Source: Clostridiales bacterium
GTDB taxonomy: Bacteria; Bacillota; Clostridia; Lachnospirales; Lachnospiraceae
Direction: 5' to 3'
Assembly: GCA_029007845.1 (NCBI GenBank)
Contig: JAQXIP010000009.1
Coordinates: forward strand, 6,648-70,647
DNA length: 64,000 nt
Part shown: positions 18,137 through 27,230 of the stretch, piece after piece
How positions within the stretch are numbered: position 1 is the first letter of the stretch
How the letters are laid out: every line of letters starts with the position of its first letter
Program-made: the position numbers and the translations under genes
The notes under the pieces: generated by a model
Database searches by the model: none
Told to the model about the DNA's origin: nothing
The model's input: the letters and a program-made list of their open reading frames with translations, nothing else

Positions 18137-18296
18137 GCTTTTGGAAAGCGGTAACAAGGAGTACATGGATACTGTTACTATTTTTAAATCATTGAATGAA
18201 ATACCGGTATACATTAGGACGGGAATCCGTTATAATGTATATCGGTATTCTTTTATGTAAGAAAACCGCAGATAAAATAAGAAAAGGGGTAGAATC

Positions 18297-19574
18297 ATGA
18301 GCCAGTATCAATTAGAGACAACTTGTGTACAGGGGGCATATGAGCCGAAAAAAGGAGATCCCCGTGTCATGCCGATCGTGCAGAGTACCACGTTTAAATA
18401 TGAGACCAGTGACCAGATGGGACGGTTATTTGACCTGGAAGAGGAGGGGTATTTTTATACCCGGCTTCAGAATCCGACCTGCGATCTGGTGGCAGAAAAA
18501 ATCAACCGCTTAGAGGGCGGAGTCGGTGCCATGCTGACCTCATCCGGCCAGGCTGCCACCTATTATGCCATATTTAATATTTGTGAAGCAGGGGGGCATA
18601 TTATCTGTTCCACATCGGTATATGGAGGAACCTTTAATCTGTTTGATGTTACCATGCGGAAAATGGGCATCGAATGTACTTTTATTGATCCGGATGCATC
18701 AGAGGAAGAAATCGAAAAAGCATTCCAGCCAAATACGAAAGCGGTGTTTGGGGAAAGTATTGCCAATCCGGCTCTTGTAGTTCTGGACATAGAGAAATTT
18801 GCTAAACTTGCACATAAACATGGAGTACCACTGATTATTGATAATACCTTTGCCACACCGATAAACTGCAGGCCATTTGAATGGGGGGCAGATATCGTAA
18901 CCCATTCTACAACGAAATATATGGATGGCCACGCCATGGCATTGGGCGGCTGTATCGTGGACAGCGGAAATTTTGACTGGGATGCCCATGCAGACAAATT
19001 CCCAGGGCTTACCAGTCCGGATCCATCCTATCATGGGATTGTTTACACAAAGAGCTTTGGAAAGAAAGCTTATATTACAAAAGCAACCGTTCAGCTGATG
19101 CGGGATCTTGGCTCTATGCAGTCACCGCAGAATGCGTTTTTGTTAAATGTTGGTCTGGAAACACTTCATCTTCGTATGCCAAGACATTGTGAGAATGCGT
19201 TGAAAGTAGCCCGGTTCCTTCAGACCAGAGAGGAAGTAGCCTGGGTAAGTTATCCGGGACTAGAAGGAGACCGCTATTATGATGTGGCACAAAAATATAT
19301 GCCAAATGGTACCTGCGGTGTGTTATGTTTTGGCTTAAAAGGTGGCAGGGATGTATCCATCCGGTTTATGGATCATCTGAAATTAGCTGCCATCGTAACC
19401 CACGTGGCAGATGCCCGGACCTGCGTGCTTCATCCGGCAAGCCATACCCACCGCCAGATGACGGACGAGCAGCTTTTAGAGGCGGGTGTGAAACCAGATC
19501 TGATCCGGTTCTCTGTGGGAATTGAAAATGCGGATGATATTATTGCGGATATCCGCCAGGCACTCGAAAGTTAG
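18297..19574 (+). CDS. metY: O-acetylhomoserine sulfhydrylase / aminocarboxypropyltransferase (PLP-dependent)
   Basis: 425 aa with the PLP-lysine motif HSTTKYMDGH, YTRLQNPT and a Cys/Met-metabolism PLP fold signature. Confidence 0.85.
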   Translation: MSQYQLETTCVQGAYEPKKGDPRVMPIVQSTTFKYETSDQMGRLFDLEEEGYFYTRLQNPTCDLVAEKINRLEGGVGAMLTSSGQAATYYAIFNICEAGGHIICSTSVYGGTFNLFDVTMRKMGIECTFIDPDASEEEIEKAFQPNTKAVFGESIANPALVVLDIEKFAKLAHKHGVPLIIDNTFATPINCRPFEWGADIVTHSTTKYMDGHAMALGGCIVDSGNFDWDAHADKFPGLTSPDPSYHGIVYTKSFGKKAYITKATVQLMRDLGSMQSPQNAFLLNVGLETLHLRMPRHCENALKVARFLQTREEVAWVSYPGLEGDRYYDVAQKYMPNGTCGVLCFGLKGGRDVSIRFMDHLKLAAIVTHVADARTCVLHPASHTHRQMTDEQLLEAGVKPDLIRFSVGIENADDIIADIRQALES

Positions 19575-19582
19575 ATCGCAGC

Positions 19583-19611
19583 TTGCAGGCAGATATAAAA
19601 GATGGTATAAT
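19583..19611 (+). promoter_or_regulatory. Candidate sigma-A promoter (TTGCAG-17-TATAAT)
   Basis: TTGCAG at 19583-19588, a 17-nt spacer, then TATAAT at 19606-19611, just downstream of the metY stop. Confidence 0.5.
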
Positions 19612-19616
19612 AAAAT

Positions 19617-19829
19617 AACTGTTATCCGTGGAGAGGAACAGACTGATTCTGGTAAAAGAGGTTCGCCTGTTTGATCAGAGGTTGTCTGTTTGACGGATAG
19701 AAGAAGGACGTTTCTGATTGCTTGAGGTATCGGTTCTGTTTTTGGACGGATATCCTGAGATAAAGAGTCTTACCGGGGAGAGAATACGATTCAAGTGGCA
19801 TCAGAATGTTTTATTCTGGTGCCTTTTTG
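19617..19829 (+). promoter_or_regulatory. Structured leader of unknown class ending in an intrinsic terminator (candidate riboswitch or attenuator)
   Basis: Long three-segment hairpin at 19619-19700. Terminator GGCATCAGAAT-GTTTT-ATTCTGGTGCC-TTTTT at 19797-19829. The upstream TTTCTGATTGC (19709-19719) can pair with the terminator 5' arm. Confidence 0.35.
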
Positions 19830-19868
19830 TCTGCTCGAAGACTGCACAGGAAGGATAGGGGAAATTCT

Positions 19869-20120
19869 ATGGAGAATCGAATTGCCTTGATTGGAATTAT
19901 TGTTGAGGATCAGGAAGCGGTGGCAATGGTCAATGACCTGCTTCACGAATACCGGGAATGGATTGTAGGACGTATGGGACTTCCCTACCGCCAGCGGGAA
20001 GTTAGTATTATTTCCGTGGTACTGGATGCACCGGAAGATGCGATAAGCTCGCTGTCCGGGAAGCTGGGAATGTGTTCCGGCGTAAGCGTCAAATCCGTAA
20101 TGGCAAAAAATCGAAGATAA
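19869..20120 (+). CDS. TM1266-family (ACT-like) putative iron-only hydrogenase system regulator
   Basis: 83 aa from ATG 19869. The pattern IGIIVEDQEAV..VNDLLHEY...ISVVLDAP.DAISSLSGKLG..SGVSVKSV matches what I recall of this family. Adjacent to hydG. Confidence 0.7.
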   Translation: MENRIALIGIIVEDQEAVAMVNDLLHEYREWIVGRMGLPYRQREVSIISVVLDAPEDAISSLSGKLGMCSGVSVKSVMAKNRR

Positions 20121-20153
20121 AAAAGAACAGGAAGGACAAAGGAGGAAGAGAAA

Positions 20154-21578
20154 ATGGCAGTGTATGATAAGAAATCCCATAAGGCAGAGGAATTTATTAA
20201 CCATGAAGAGATTCTTGCATCTATGAAGTATGCCGAGGAGAACAAGAATAACAAGGAGTTGATTGACCAGATTATTGAACGGGCAAAAGACTGTAAAGGG
20301 CTTACCCATCGAGAGGCATTGCTTCTTTTAGATTGTGAGATCCCAGAAGAAAATGAAAAAATATTTCAGGTGGCAATGGATATTAAGCAGAGATTTTATG
20401 GCAACCGGATTGTTATGTTTGCACCACTTTATTTATCTAACTATTGTGTGAACGGATGTCTGTACTGCCCATATCACGCAAAAAACAGACATATTGCCAG
20501 AAAAAAACTGGATCAGCAGGACATTGAAAAGGAAGTGGTTGCACTTCAGGATATGGGGCATAAACGTCTGGCACTGGAGACAGGGGAAGATCCGGTGCAT
20601 AATCCGATTGAATATGTTTTAGACAGTATTAAAACCATTTATGGAATCAAACACAAGAATGGCGCGATCCGCCGTGTGAATGTGAATATTGCGGCAACAA
20701 CAGAGGAAAACTATAAAAAATTAAAGGATGCCGGAATTGGAACGTATATCTTGTTCCAGGAGACATATAATAAAGAGCAGTACGAGTATCTCCATCCAAC
20801 CGGGCCAAAGAGTGATTATGCTTATCATACGGAGGCGATGGATCGTGCCATGCATGCTGGAATTGATGATGTGGGAATCGGTGTATTGTTTGGTCTCGAA
20901 TACTACCGTTATGATTTTACCGGTCTATTGATGCATGCGGAACATTTAGAAGCAGCTATTGGTGTGGGACCGCATACCATCAGCGTCCCACGGGTGAGAA
21001 GAGCAGATGATATTGATCCGGATGAATTTGATAACGGCATCAGTGATGATATATTTGAAAAAATTGTGGCAGTTATCCGTATTGCAGCACCGTACACCGG
21101 AATTATTATTTCGACAAGAGAGACAAAGGAGTCCAGGGAACGGGTTCTGCGTGTCGGAGTATCCCAGATCAGCGGTGGTTCAAGAACAAGCGTAGGTGGA
21201 TATGCGGAAGAAGAAAAGGAAGATGAGAACTCTGCCCAGTTTGATGTCAGCGACAACCGTTCACTGGATGAAGTGCTGAACTGGCTTCTGGATCTTGGAT
21301 ATATTCCAAGCTTCTGCACGGCATGTTACCGGGAAGGACGTACGGGAGACCGTTTTATGAAGCTTGTGAAATCCGGCCAGATCTCAAACTGCTGTCAGCC
21401 AAATGCACTGATGACCTTAAAAGAGTATCTGATGGATTATGCATCAGAAGATACCCGAAAGAAGGGTGAAAAAGTCATTGAGGCAGAGCTGGAGCGGATT
21501 ACCAATCCGAAGGTGAAAGAAACCGTCAAAGAACGTCTATTAAAAATTGAGCAGGGTGAGCGGGATTTCCGGTTCTAA
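20154..21578 (+). CDS. hydG: [FeFe]-hydrogenase H-cluster maturase, radical SAM protein HydG
   Basis: 474 aa with the radical-SAM motif CVNGCLYCPY and a C-terminal Cys cluster (CTACYREGRTGDRFM, NCCQPN) characteristic of HydG. Confidence 0.85.
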   Translation: MAVYDKKSHKAEEFINHEEILASMKYAEENKNNKELIDQIIERAKDCKGLTHREALLLLDCEIPEENEKIFQVAMDIKQRFYGNRIVMFAPLYLSNYCVNGCLYCPYHAKNRHIARKKLDQQDIEKEVVALQDMGHKRLALETGEDPVHNPIEYVLDSIKTIYGIKHKNGAIRRVNVNIAATTEENYKKLKDAGIGTYILFQETYNKEQYEYLHPTGPKSDYAYHTEAMDRAMHAGIDDVGIGVLFGLEYYRYDFTGLLMHAEHLEAAIGVGPHTISVPRVRRADDIDPDEFDNGISDDIFEKIVAVIRIAAPYTGIIISTRETKESRERVLRVGVSQISGGSRTSVGGYAEEEKEDENSAQFDVSDNRSLDEVLNWLLDLGYIPSFCTACYREGRTGDRFMKLVKSGQISNCCQPNALMTLKEYLMDYASEDTRKKGEKVIEAELERITNPKVKETVKERLLKIEQGERDFRF

Positions 21579-21616
21579 TACCAAAAGTAAGGTGAAATGA
21601 ACAGGAGGTGCAGTCT

Positions 21617-22405
21617 GTGGAGTGTGATTTACTTGCATGGTTACGTCTTAGTGCGTGGAGAATGCCGGTATTTCGTCCATATGGGCTGGAACACCTCCTG
21701 TTATTATTTGGTCTGACTCCACTTGTGGTGGTGCTGGCCTGGAGGCTTAGGAGTGTAAAGGAAAGAACCATTGACCGGATTTTATTCTGGCTTGGATTGG
21801 CCTTAATCCTGGCAGAAGTGTATAAAGAATTATTTTTATCTTATGTAATTGAAGGCGCATACTGTTATGCAGATTTTCCGTTTCAGCTATGCAGTATGCC
21901 CATGTATCTGTGCCCTTTGATGCTGTTTCTTGCTAAGGAAAAGAAAAGGGTGTGTTATCTGTTTATTGGAACGTATAATTTTCTTGGGGGAATTGCAGCA
22001 ATTCTGGAACCATCCTCCTCCTTTTATCCCTATATCACGTTGACACTTCATTCGGTTCTTTGGCATCAGGCATTAATCTTTATCGGGTGCCTGCTTTGGT
22101 TTTCGGGACTTTGCCGGATTGACAGGAGTTCTTTTCAAAGAGCAACGCTTCTATATCTTATGCTTTGTGGGATTGCCTATGGGCTGAATGCGTTGTTAAT
22201 GGAGCCGTCAGGGGGTGTGATGAATTTATTTTTTTTAGGACCTGGAGTTGCGCCGGTTATCGTGATGGACTGGGTATCCATCCACTGGGGAGCAATGGCA
22301 GAAACGATTCTTATGATGGGGGTAACTGTATTCGGAAGCGGGGGGCTTGGAATCGGGTTTCAGTGTCTGATTGACTTTCTTAACTGCCGCCGTTATAATC
22401 AATGA
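21617..22405 (+). CDS. Polytopic membrane protein (YwaF/TIGR02206-like, tentative)
   Basis: About 260 aa with 7-8 TM helices. Start uncertain: GTG 21617 lies 8 nt after AGGAGG, and ATG 21662 is an alternative. Confidence 0.5.
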   Translation: MECDLLAWLRLSAWRMPVFRPYGLEHLLLLFGLTPLVVVLAWRLRSVKERTIDRILFWLGLALILAEVYKELFLSYVIEGAYCYADFPFQLCSMPMYLCPLMLFLAKEKKRVCYLFIGTYNFLGGIAAILEPSSSFYPYITLTLHSVLWHQALIFIGCLLWFSGLCRIDRSSFQRATLLYLMLCGIAYGLNALLMEPSGGVMNLFFLGPGVAPVIVMDWVSIHWGAMAETILMMGVTVFGSGGLGIGFQCLIDFLNCRRYNQ

Positions 22406-22444
22406 AAAGAAAGCAGTAAAAAAGAATAGGAGGCGGATGGTTTT

Positions 22445-22840
22445 ATGGATCTTGTAAAACGGGTGGAAGAGTTGGATTATCATCAGGTGGAAGAGAAAGC
22501 GGATTTTTATATTAAGACCTGGGATGGTGAGGAAGGCCTCTGTATGGCATTTTCCGATAAAAAGCTGGGGGATTTTGTGACATTCCCATACTGGGATGAT
22601 GTGAATCTGATGTTTGCAGGAATGGAGGAAGATGAGATCCCGATGGGGACAAAAGAGAAGCCGTTTTTGGATGAGGCAGAGGACTGGCAGCTTCTTATTT
22701 TTGCAGATGGGGCATATGTCTATATTTTCACGGAAACAAAAAATCCGGATTGCTTCTTCTCCGGGAAGGTAGAGAAAAAGCAGTACCGGAATGCGTGGAA
22801 GAAGCTGATACGCTGCTTATCGTTTGATTTTGATATATAA
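22445..22840 (+). CDS. Hypothetical cytoplasmic protein (131 aa)
   Basis: RBS AGGAGG upstream. Acidic protein with no recognisable motif. Its 3' end overlaps the convergent transglutaminase gene by 24 nt. Confidence 0.5.
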   Translation: MDLVKRVEELDYHQVEEKADFYIKTWDGEEGLCMAFSDKKLGDFVTFPYWDDVNLMFAGMEEDEIPMGTKEKPFLDEAEDWQLLIFADGAYVYIFTETKNPDCFFSGKVEKKQYRNAWKKLIRCLSFDFDI

Positions 22841-25291
22841 GAGGTGCATAAGCGCCTCTTTTCTTTGTATGCGCCTGATTTTCTGATAAAGCGTCCGGCT
22901 GGTTTCCATGGCAGTACGGTAGGAAGCATCATCCAGACTGTCCGGGCTATAGGATGCCAGTTCTACCACTTTTTGGTAAGAAGCCTGTGAAGACTCTGGT
23001 AAAAGCTGATTTTTTACCAAGACCTGGATATAGGTATTAATATTCTGGGTGTGGATGTCTTTTGACAGACACTCTGTTTTTCTGGCCTCATCCATAATGA
23101 GCACAAAGTAACCTGCCACATTTTGGTTTCTGTCCTTTGTGTGGGTGATCCGATAACGCTTCAGAAACGCTTTGAAAGGACCGGAGAGGAAAAATACAAG
23201 GCAGATAAAAAGGGAAGGAAGCAGGATGGCCATGGCAGTAGCTTCCATGTTTTTCTGCCTTTGCAGGCGGTCAAAATCCGCGGTATCATCAGAAAAGGTG
23301 AGGGTATCACTTTCCTGGTTCGATCCATTTACCGCATCACGGAAAAACTGGGCAAGACCAGCAAACAGATCTTCATCTTCATCTTTGGCATATCCAATGG
23401 AAGCAGGGGTGACTTCTACAGGAACCCAGCCAAAACCATCCAGATAGATTTCAACCCAGGCATGGGCAGAACTGTCGTTCACTTCTACTTTAACCATTTC
23501 AGCATTCTCGATAGGATTATCTCCTGAAAAGCTTGCCAGAGTATCATTTTCTGTCTCGACATCACTGTTGGCAATGTCTGCGGAGTCGATGGCATAACCT
23601 TCCACATACCGTGCCGGGATTCCAAGATTACGGAAAATAAGAACTGCACTGGAAGCAAAATGGGCACAGTAGCCTTTTTTATTCTCCGTAAGAAAGTAAT
23701 TGACAAAATCCGTGTGGTTAGGCGTCCGGCCTGGTTTTAACGTGTACGGGTAGTTCTCGGAAAAATAGCTGGAAACCTGTGATGCAATTTCCAGAGAACT
23801 TCCATGAAAATTCCCGTCTTTGCAGATCTGGTCGATTACCTCTTTGTTTTCTTCCGGTACCGAGAGGTAGATGCTGTCCTTGTCTTTGACCAGCTGTTCA
23901 TAACTGGTCTGATACTCAGAAGAAAGCTGGTTTTCGGAAGAGGCAGGCAGTTTGGAAAAGTCCAGAGTTGTATATGGATTATAGACATAATAGTTCGTTG
24001 TTCCTTTTGCAAAATATCCCTGGTACCAGTCTTCCATGCAGGTTATGCCAGGCTTGCCGGAGAGGTTTGATTGATGCGTAAAATAAGGAGTATACAGATA
24101 ATCCGAAGCGGCTCCTACGTTTTTTACGCTGAGGGACGCCGTTGGAAGTGTGGAATCAGGATTGGAATTCGCCATTTCGGTTAAGAATGGAAAACTCCAG
24201 GAATGAATGGAGTCATCGTTTGTATTTTCTGGCACAACCGATTCAAATTCCCAGCGGTTTTTTACCGGGATATACTCGTTTCCTACATAGCCTCTTAAGT
24301 AAAAACGGTCATTGGTACAAGGGATGAGATAGACTTCCAGATCTGTCTCAAAGTCAGGGCGTACTGATCCGGTCTGACCAAGTTCGCCTCCGTTTAGTCC
24401 GCCGGCACCAGTCTTGTGAAAAAACATGGCAAAGCCCTGGATCATGAAATTCCGCACATATTCATCCGTCGTATTTTTATATTGATACCAGCTTGCTGGA
24501 AGGCTGAGGGAGTTCGAGGGTACGAGTGCAGCAAGACTAATTCCGGAAAAAATCGACAGAGCCAGAAACAGAAGTGCGGTCTGAAACAGAACCGGACCGT
24601 TTGATGCAAACCGGATGACTGTTTTTTTCTGCTTTGTGATTCGTTTCTCGTTTTTCTGTTTTTTATACAGACGGTATTTTCCGGTGAATTTGAAACAGGC
24701 GATCATGATCCAGGAAAATAAAAGGAAAATGACAAAAACCATAGAAGGTGTCCGGTCAAAATATAAAGGAATGATAACAATCGGTGCAGAGAGTGCAATA
24801 CTCCAGAAGATGCTCATATATCCGGAGATTAATACATTGATGATAGCAGCATATCCGATTCCAACAACTATTAATGCAATGGGAATTGTATAAGAGCGGT
24901 TTGTAAGGATTTCCTGATAATACTGCAGAGCCGGAAAATTATAGATTTCATCAATGACATCATAGGAAATATTCCGGATGGCTGAGAATCCGCTGTTTGC
25001 TGGTACATACCAGCGGATGGCACAGACAAGATATCCGGCGAAGAACAAAAGGTATCCTACATTAAGGGTAATACTGTTATAGTAAAGAAAAGCCAGAAGA
25101 AGGCAGCATACAAACAGAACCGGGTAAACCTGGAATCCAGAAAAGGATATGCCGAATCCGGTTGTGTATATACCGATTACGCCGGCTACTAAAAAAAAGC
25201 ATAGAAGCCCCTTTATAAGGCAGGAAAAGAACCGTTCCTGTCTGGTGGCTGTTCTGGCGTGGTTCGTTTGCTTTTTTAGATGGAAATCCAT
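22817..25291 (-). CDS. Transglutaminase-domain membrane protein
   Basis: 824 aa with multiple N-terminal TM helices. Transglutaminase core GYCAHFASSAVLIFRNLGIPARYVEGY ... AHAWVEIY ... GWVPVEVTP, plus a C-terminal TM helix. Confidence 0.8.
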   Translation of the reverse strand: MDFHLKKQTNHARTATRQERFFSCLIKGLLCFFLVAGVIGIYTTGFGISFSGFQVYPVLFVCCLLLAFLYYNSITLNVGYLLFFAGYLVCAIRWYVPANSGFSAIRNISYDVIDEIYNFPALQYYQEILTNRSYTIPIALIVVGIGYAAIINVLISGYMSIFWSIALSAPIVIIPLYFDRTPSMVFVIFLLFSWIMIACFKFTGKYRLYKKQKNEKRITKQKKTVIRFASNGPVLFQTALLFLALSIFSGISLAALVPSNSLSLPASWYQYKNTTDEYVRNFMIQGFAMFFHKTGAGGLNGGELGQTGSVRPDFETDLEVYLIPCTNDRFYLRGYVGNEYIPVKNRWEFESVVPENTNDDSIHSWSFPFLTEMANSNPDSTLPTASLSVKNVGAASDYLYTPYFTHQSNLSGKPGITCMEDWYQGYFAKGTTNYYVYNPYTTLDFSKLPASSENQLSSEYQTSYEQLVKDKDSIYLSVPEENKEVIDQICKDGNFHGSSLEIASQVSSYFSENYPYTLKPGRTPNHTDFVNYFLTENKKGYCAHFASSAVLIFRNLGIPARYVEGYAIDSADIANSDVETENDTLASFSGDNPIENAEMVKVEVNDSSAHAWVEIYLDGFGWVPVEVTPASIGYAKDEDEDLFAGLAQFFRDAVNGSNQESDTLTFSDDTADFDRLQRQKNMEATAMAILLPSLFICLVFFLSGPFKAFLKRYRITHTKDRNQNVAGYFVLIMDEARKTECLSKDIHTQNINTYIQVLVKNQLLPESSQASYQKVVELASYSPDSLDDASYRTAMETSRTLYQKIRRIQRKEALMHLLYIKIKR

Positions 25292-26289
25292 GTGCCGTAT
25301 TCCTCCTCTGCCTGCAGATACAGAACCATGCTGCCACCCGGATGGTCAAGCTCATCGAGAGGCTCTCTGGAACTTGTTTTTTCGTGGCAAGGTTCATAGT
25401 ATAAAAATGATAAGGTTTCCAAAAGATCCTGTTCACTTTCCACATAATGTGTCATGATGCTTCCTTGTAACAGGCTGTGCCATTTCACATAGAAATGCCA
25501 GGACTGATCCACAAGGTAACGCCCATAGCTGTACAATAAGTCAAAAACATGATCCGGCATAGGTGAGAGTTCCAGAAAAAGAATCATTTCTTTTCCGGTT
25601 GTGCCGGAATACTCTTTTACAAGGAGCGTGTCTTGTTTGACGGACATTTTCCAGTGGATTTTCTGCAGACGGTCTCCAGGCTGGTATTCCCGGATATCGT
25701 TTGGCTCAGATGCATCATTTCCTTTTTTGGTAGAATCTGCGTAAGTTTCCGTTCCACTTCCACCAAAAGAAGGCTGGATTGCCGGAACCGGAAGGTGTTT
25801 TGGCAGAATCAGAACCGGATAAGTTTTTTCCTGTTTCTGGTAAAGCGTGATCAGATTAAAATACCCGTGAATCCGGATGCCCTGAAAAAACAGTTTAAGA
25901 TAACCGCTGTGTTCCACCGGATAGGATATGGACAGGATGGTTTCTTTTGTTCCGGATAGACTGGCTTCCATTACATAGGTATCTGGTTCCTCTGCAAAGG
26001 GAGGGCAGATGGAAAATAATACTTCAACATAGGGAACCGGTATGGAAAGTCCGGAGAGACGGATCGTAATATCCATTGTACTCTCCCTGCTTACCGGGTG
26101 CGGTGGAAACTGAAACTGGCAGCTGAGATTCTGCCGGATGTAGTTCGTAAGCAAAAGAGAACAGAATGGCAGAAAAATAGAAAGAAACAGTGCCAGAAAG
26201 AAAAAATAGTGATGAAAAAAAACCAGTCCGAAAAAAAGCAGAACAAGATAGCACAGATAGAAAAAACGGTTTAAGTGCTGTTTGATCAT
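25276..26289 (-). CDS. DUF58-family protein
   Basis: 337 aa with two N-terminal TM helices and the DUF58 hallmark DIREYQPGDRLQKIHWKMS. It overlaps the MoxR stop by ATGA and overlaps the downstream gene by 16 nt. Confidence 0.7.
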   Translation of the reverse strand: MIKQHLNRFFYLCYLVLLFFGLVFFHHYFFFLALFLSIFLPFCSLLLTNYIRQNLSCQFQFPPHPVSRESTMDITIRLSGLSIPVPYVEVLFSICPPFAEEPDTYVMEASLSGTKETILSISYPVEHSGYLKLFFQGIRIHGYFNLITLYQKQEKTYPVLILPKHLPVPAIQPSFGGSGTETYADSTKKGNDASEPNDIREYQPGDRLQKIHWKMSVKQDTLLVKEYSGTTGKEMILFLELSPMPDHVFDLLYSYGRYLVDQSWHFYVKWHSLLQGSIMTHYVESEQDLLETLSFLYYEPCHEKTSSREPLDELDHPGGSMVLYLQAEEEYGTWISI

Positions 26290-27209
26290 GTAAGTGTCAC
26301 TTCCTTTAACAGATTGGTAAGTGCGTAGGCGGTATCCATTCCCTTAGCTTTTCCTTCCGGGCTTAGAATGACACGGTGAGCCAGTACATCGCAAAAAACA
26401 GCCTGAACATCCTGTGGCGTCAGATAAGTATGACCGGAGAGATATGCATATGCTTTTGACATTCTAAGAAGTGCAATGCTGGCACGAGGGCTGGCACCAA
26501 GAGTGAAGTCTTTATGATTCCGGGTGGCCTCTGTCAGATTCAGAATGTACTCATATACATTATCTTTCACGAATAGGGCAGAGGCTTCTTCCTGCATTGC
26601 TTCCAATTGTGCTAAAGAAGTAATGGAAGATAGGGAATCAATGGACTGGAACTGGTTTCCTTTTAAGATGGAAAGAGCATTTTCATGATCCGGATATCCC
26701 ATAGAGAGACGAATCATAAACCGGTCCAGCTGGGAATCCGGTAATTTCTGGGTTCCGGAGGAGCCGAGAGGATTCTGGGTCGCAATGACGATAAATGGTT
26801 TAGGAACCGGATGAGTGATTCCGTCTACGGTAACTTTTCCTTCCTCCATCACTTCTAAGAGTGCAGACTGGGTTTTGGGAGAAGTACGGTTGATTTCGTC
26901 TGCCAGAAAAAGATTACACATACAAGATCCGGCCTTGTATTCAAATACACCGGTTTTGGCATTATACATGGAGAATCCGGTAATATCGCTTGGAAGCACA
27001 TCCGGGGTAAACTGAACCCGTTTGTAGTCTAAGGACAGAACTTTGGACAGAGTAATGGCAAGGGTTGTTTTTCCCACCCCTGGAATATCTTCCAGAAGAA
27101 TATGCCCTCTGGCAATGATGGCAGCCAGAACTTTATCAATAATCCCGTCCTTTCCTTTAATGATTCGCTTGATTTCTGCTTTGGCAGACATTAAAGTTTC
27201 CTGACTCAT
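26286..27209 (-). CDS. MoxR-family AAA+ ATPase
   Basis: 307 aa with Walker A GVGKTTLA, Walker B LFLADEINR and ATQNP, at the typical MoxR length. Confidence 0.9.
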   Translation of the reverse strand: MSQETLMSAKAEIKRIIKGKDGIIDKVLAAIIARGHILLEDIPGVGKTTLAITLSKVLSLDYKRVQFTPDVLPSDITGFSMYNAKTGVFEYKAGSCMCNLFLADEINRTSPKTQSALLEVMEEGKVTVDGITHPVPKPFIVIATQNPLGSSGTQKLPDSQLDRFMIRLSMGYPDHENALSILKGNQFQSIDSLSSITSLAQLEAMQEEASALFVKDNVYEYILNLTEATRNHKDFTLGASPRASIALLRMSKAYAYLSGHTYLTPQDVQAVFCDVLAHRVILSPEGKAKGMDTAYALTNLLKEVTLT

Positions 27210-27230
27210 TGGGCTTTCATCCTCCTTTTT

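Noticed and set aside
18137-18296. An expected SAM-I riboswitch or Met T-box upstream of metY.
   Set aside because: I could find neither the SAM-I core (GAGGGA...GGCCC...GCAACC) nor a T-box sequence. Only the inverted repeat reported separately is evident.
19806-19868. 21-codon upstream extension of the TM1266-like ORF in the track.
   Set aside because: It overlaps the terminator hairpin and has no RBS. The family-typical N-terminus MENRIALIGIIVED starts at 19869.
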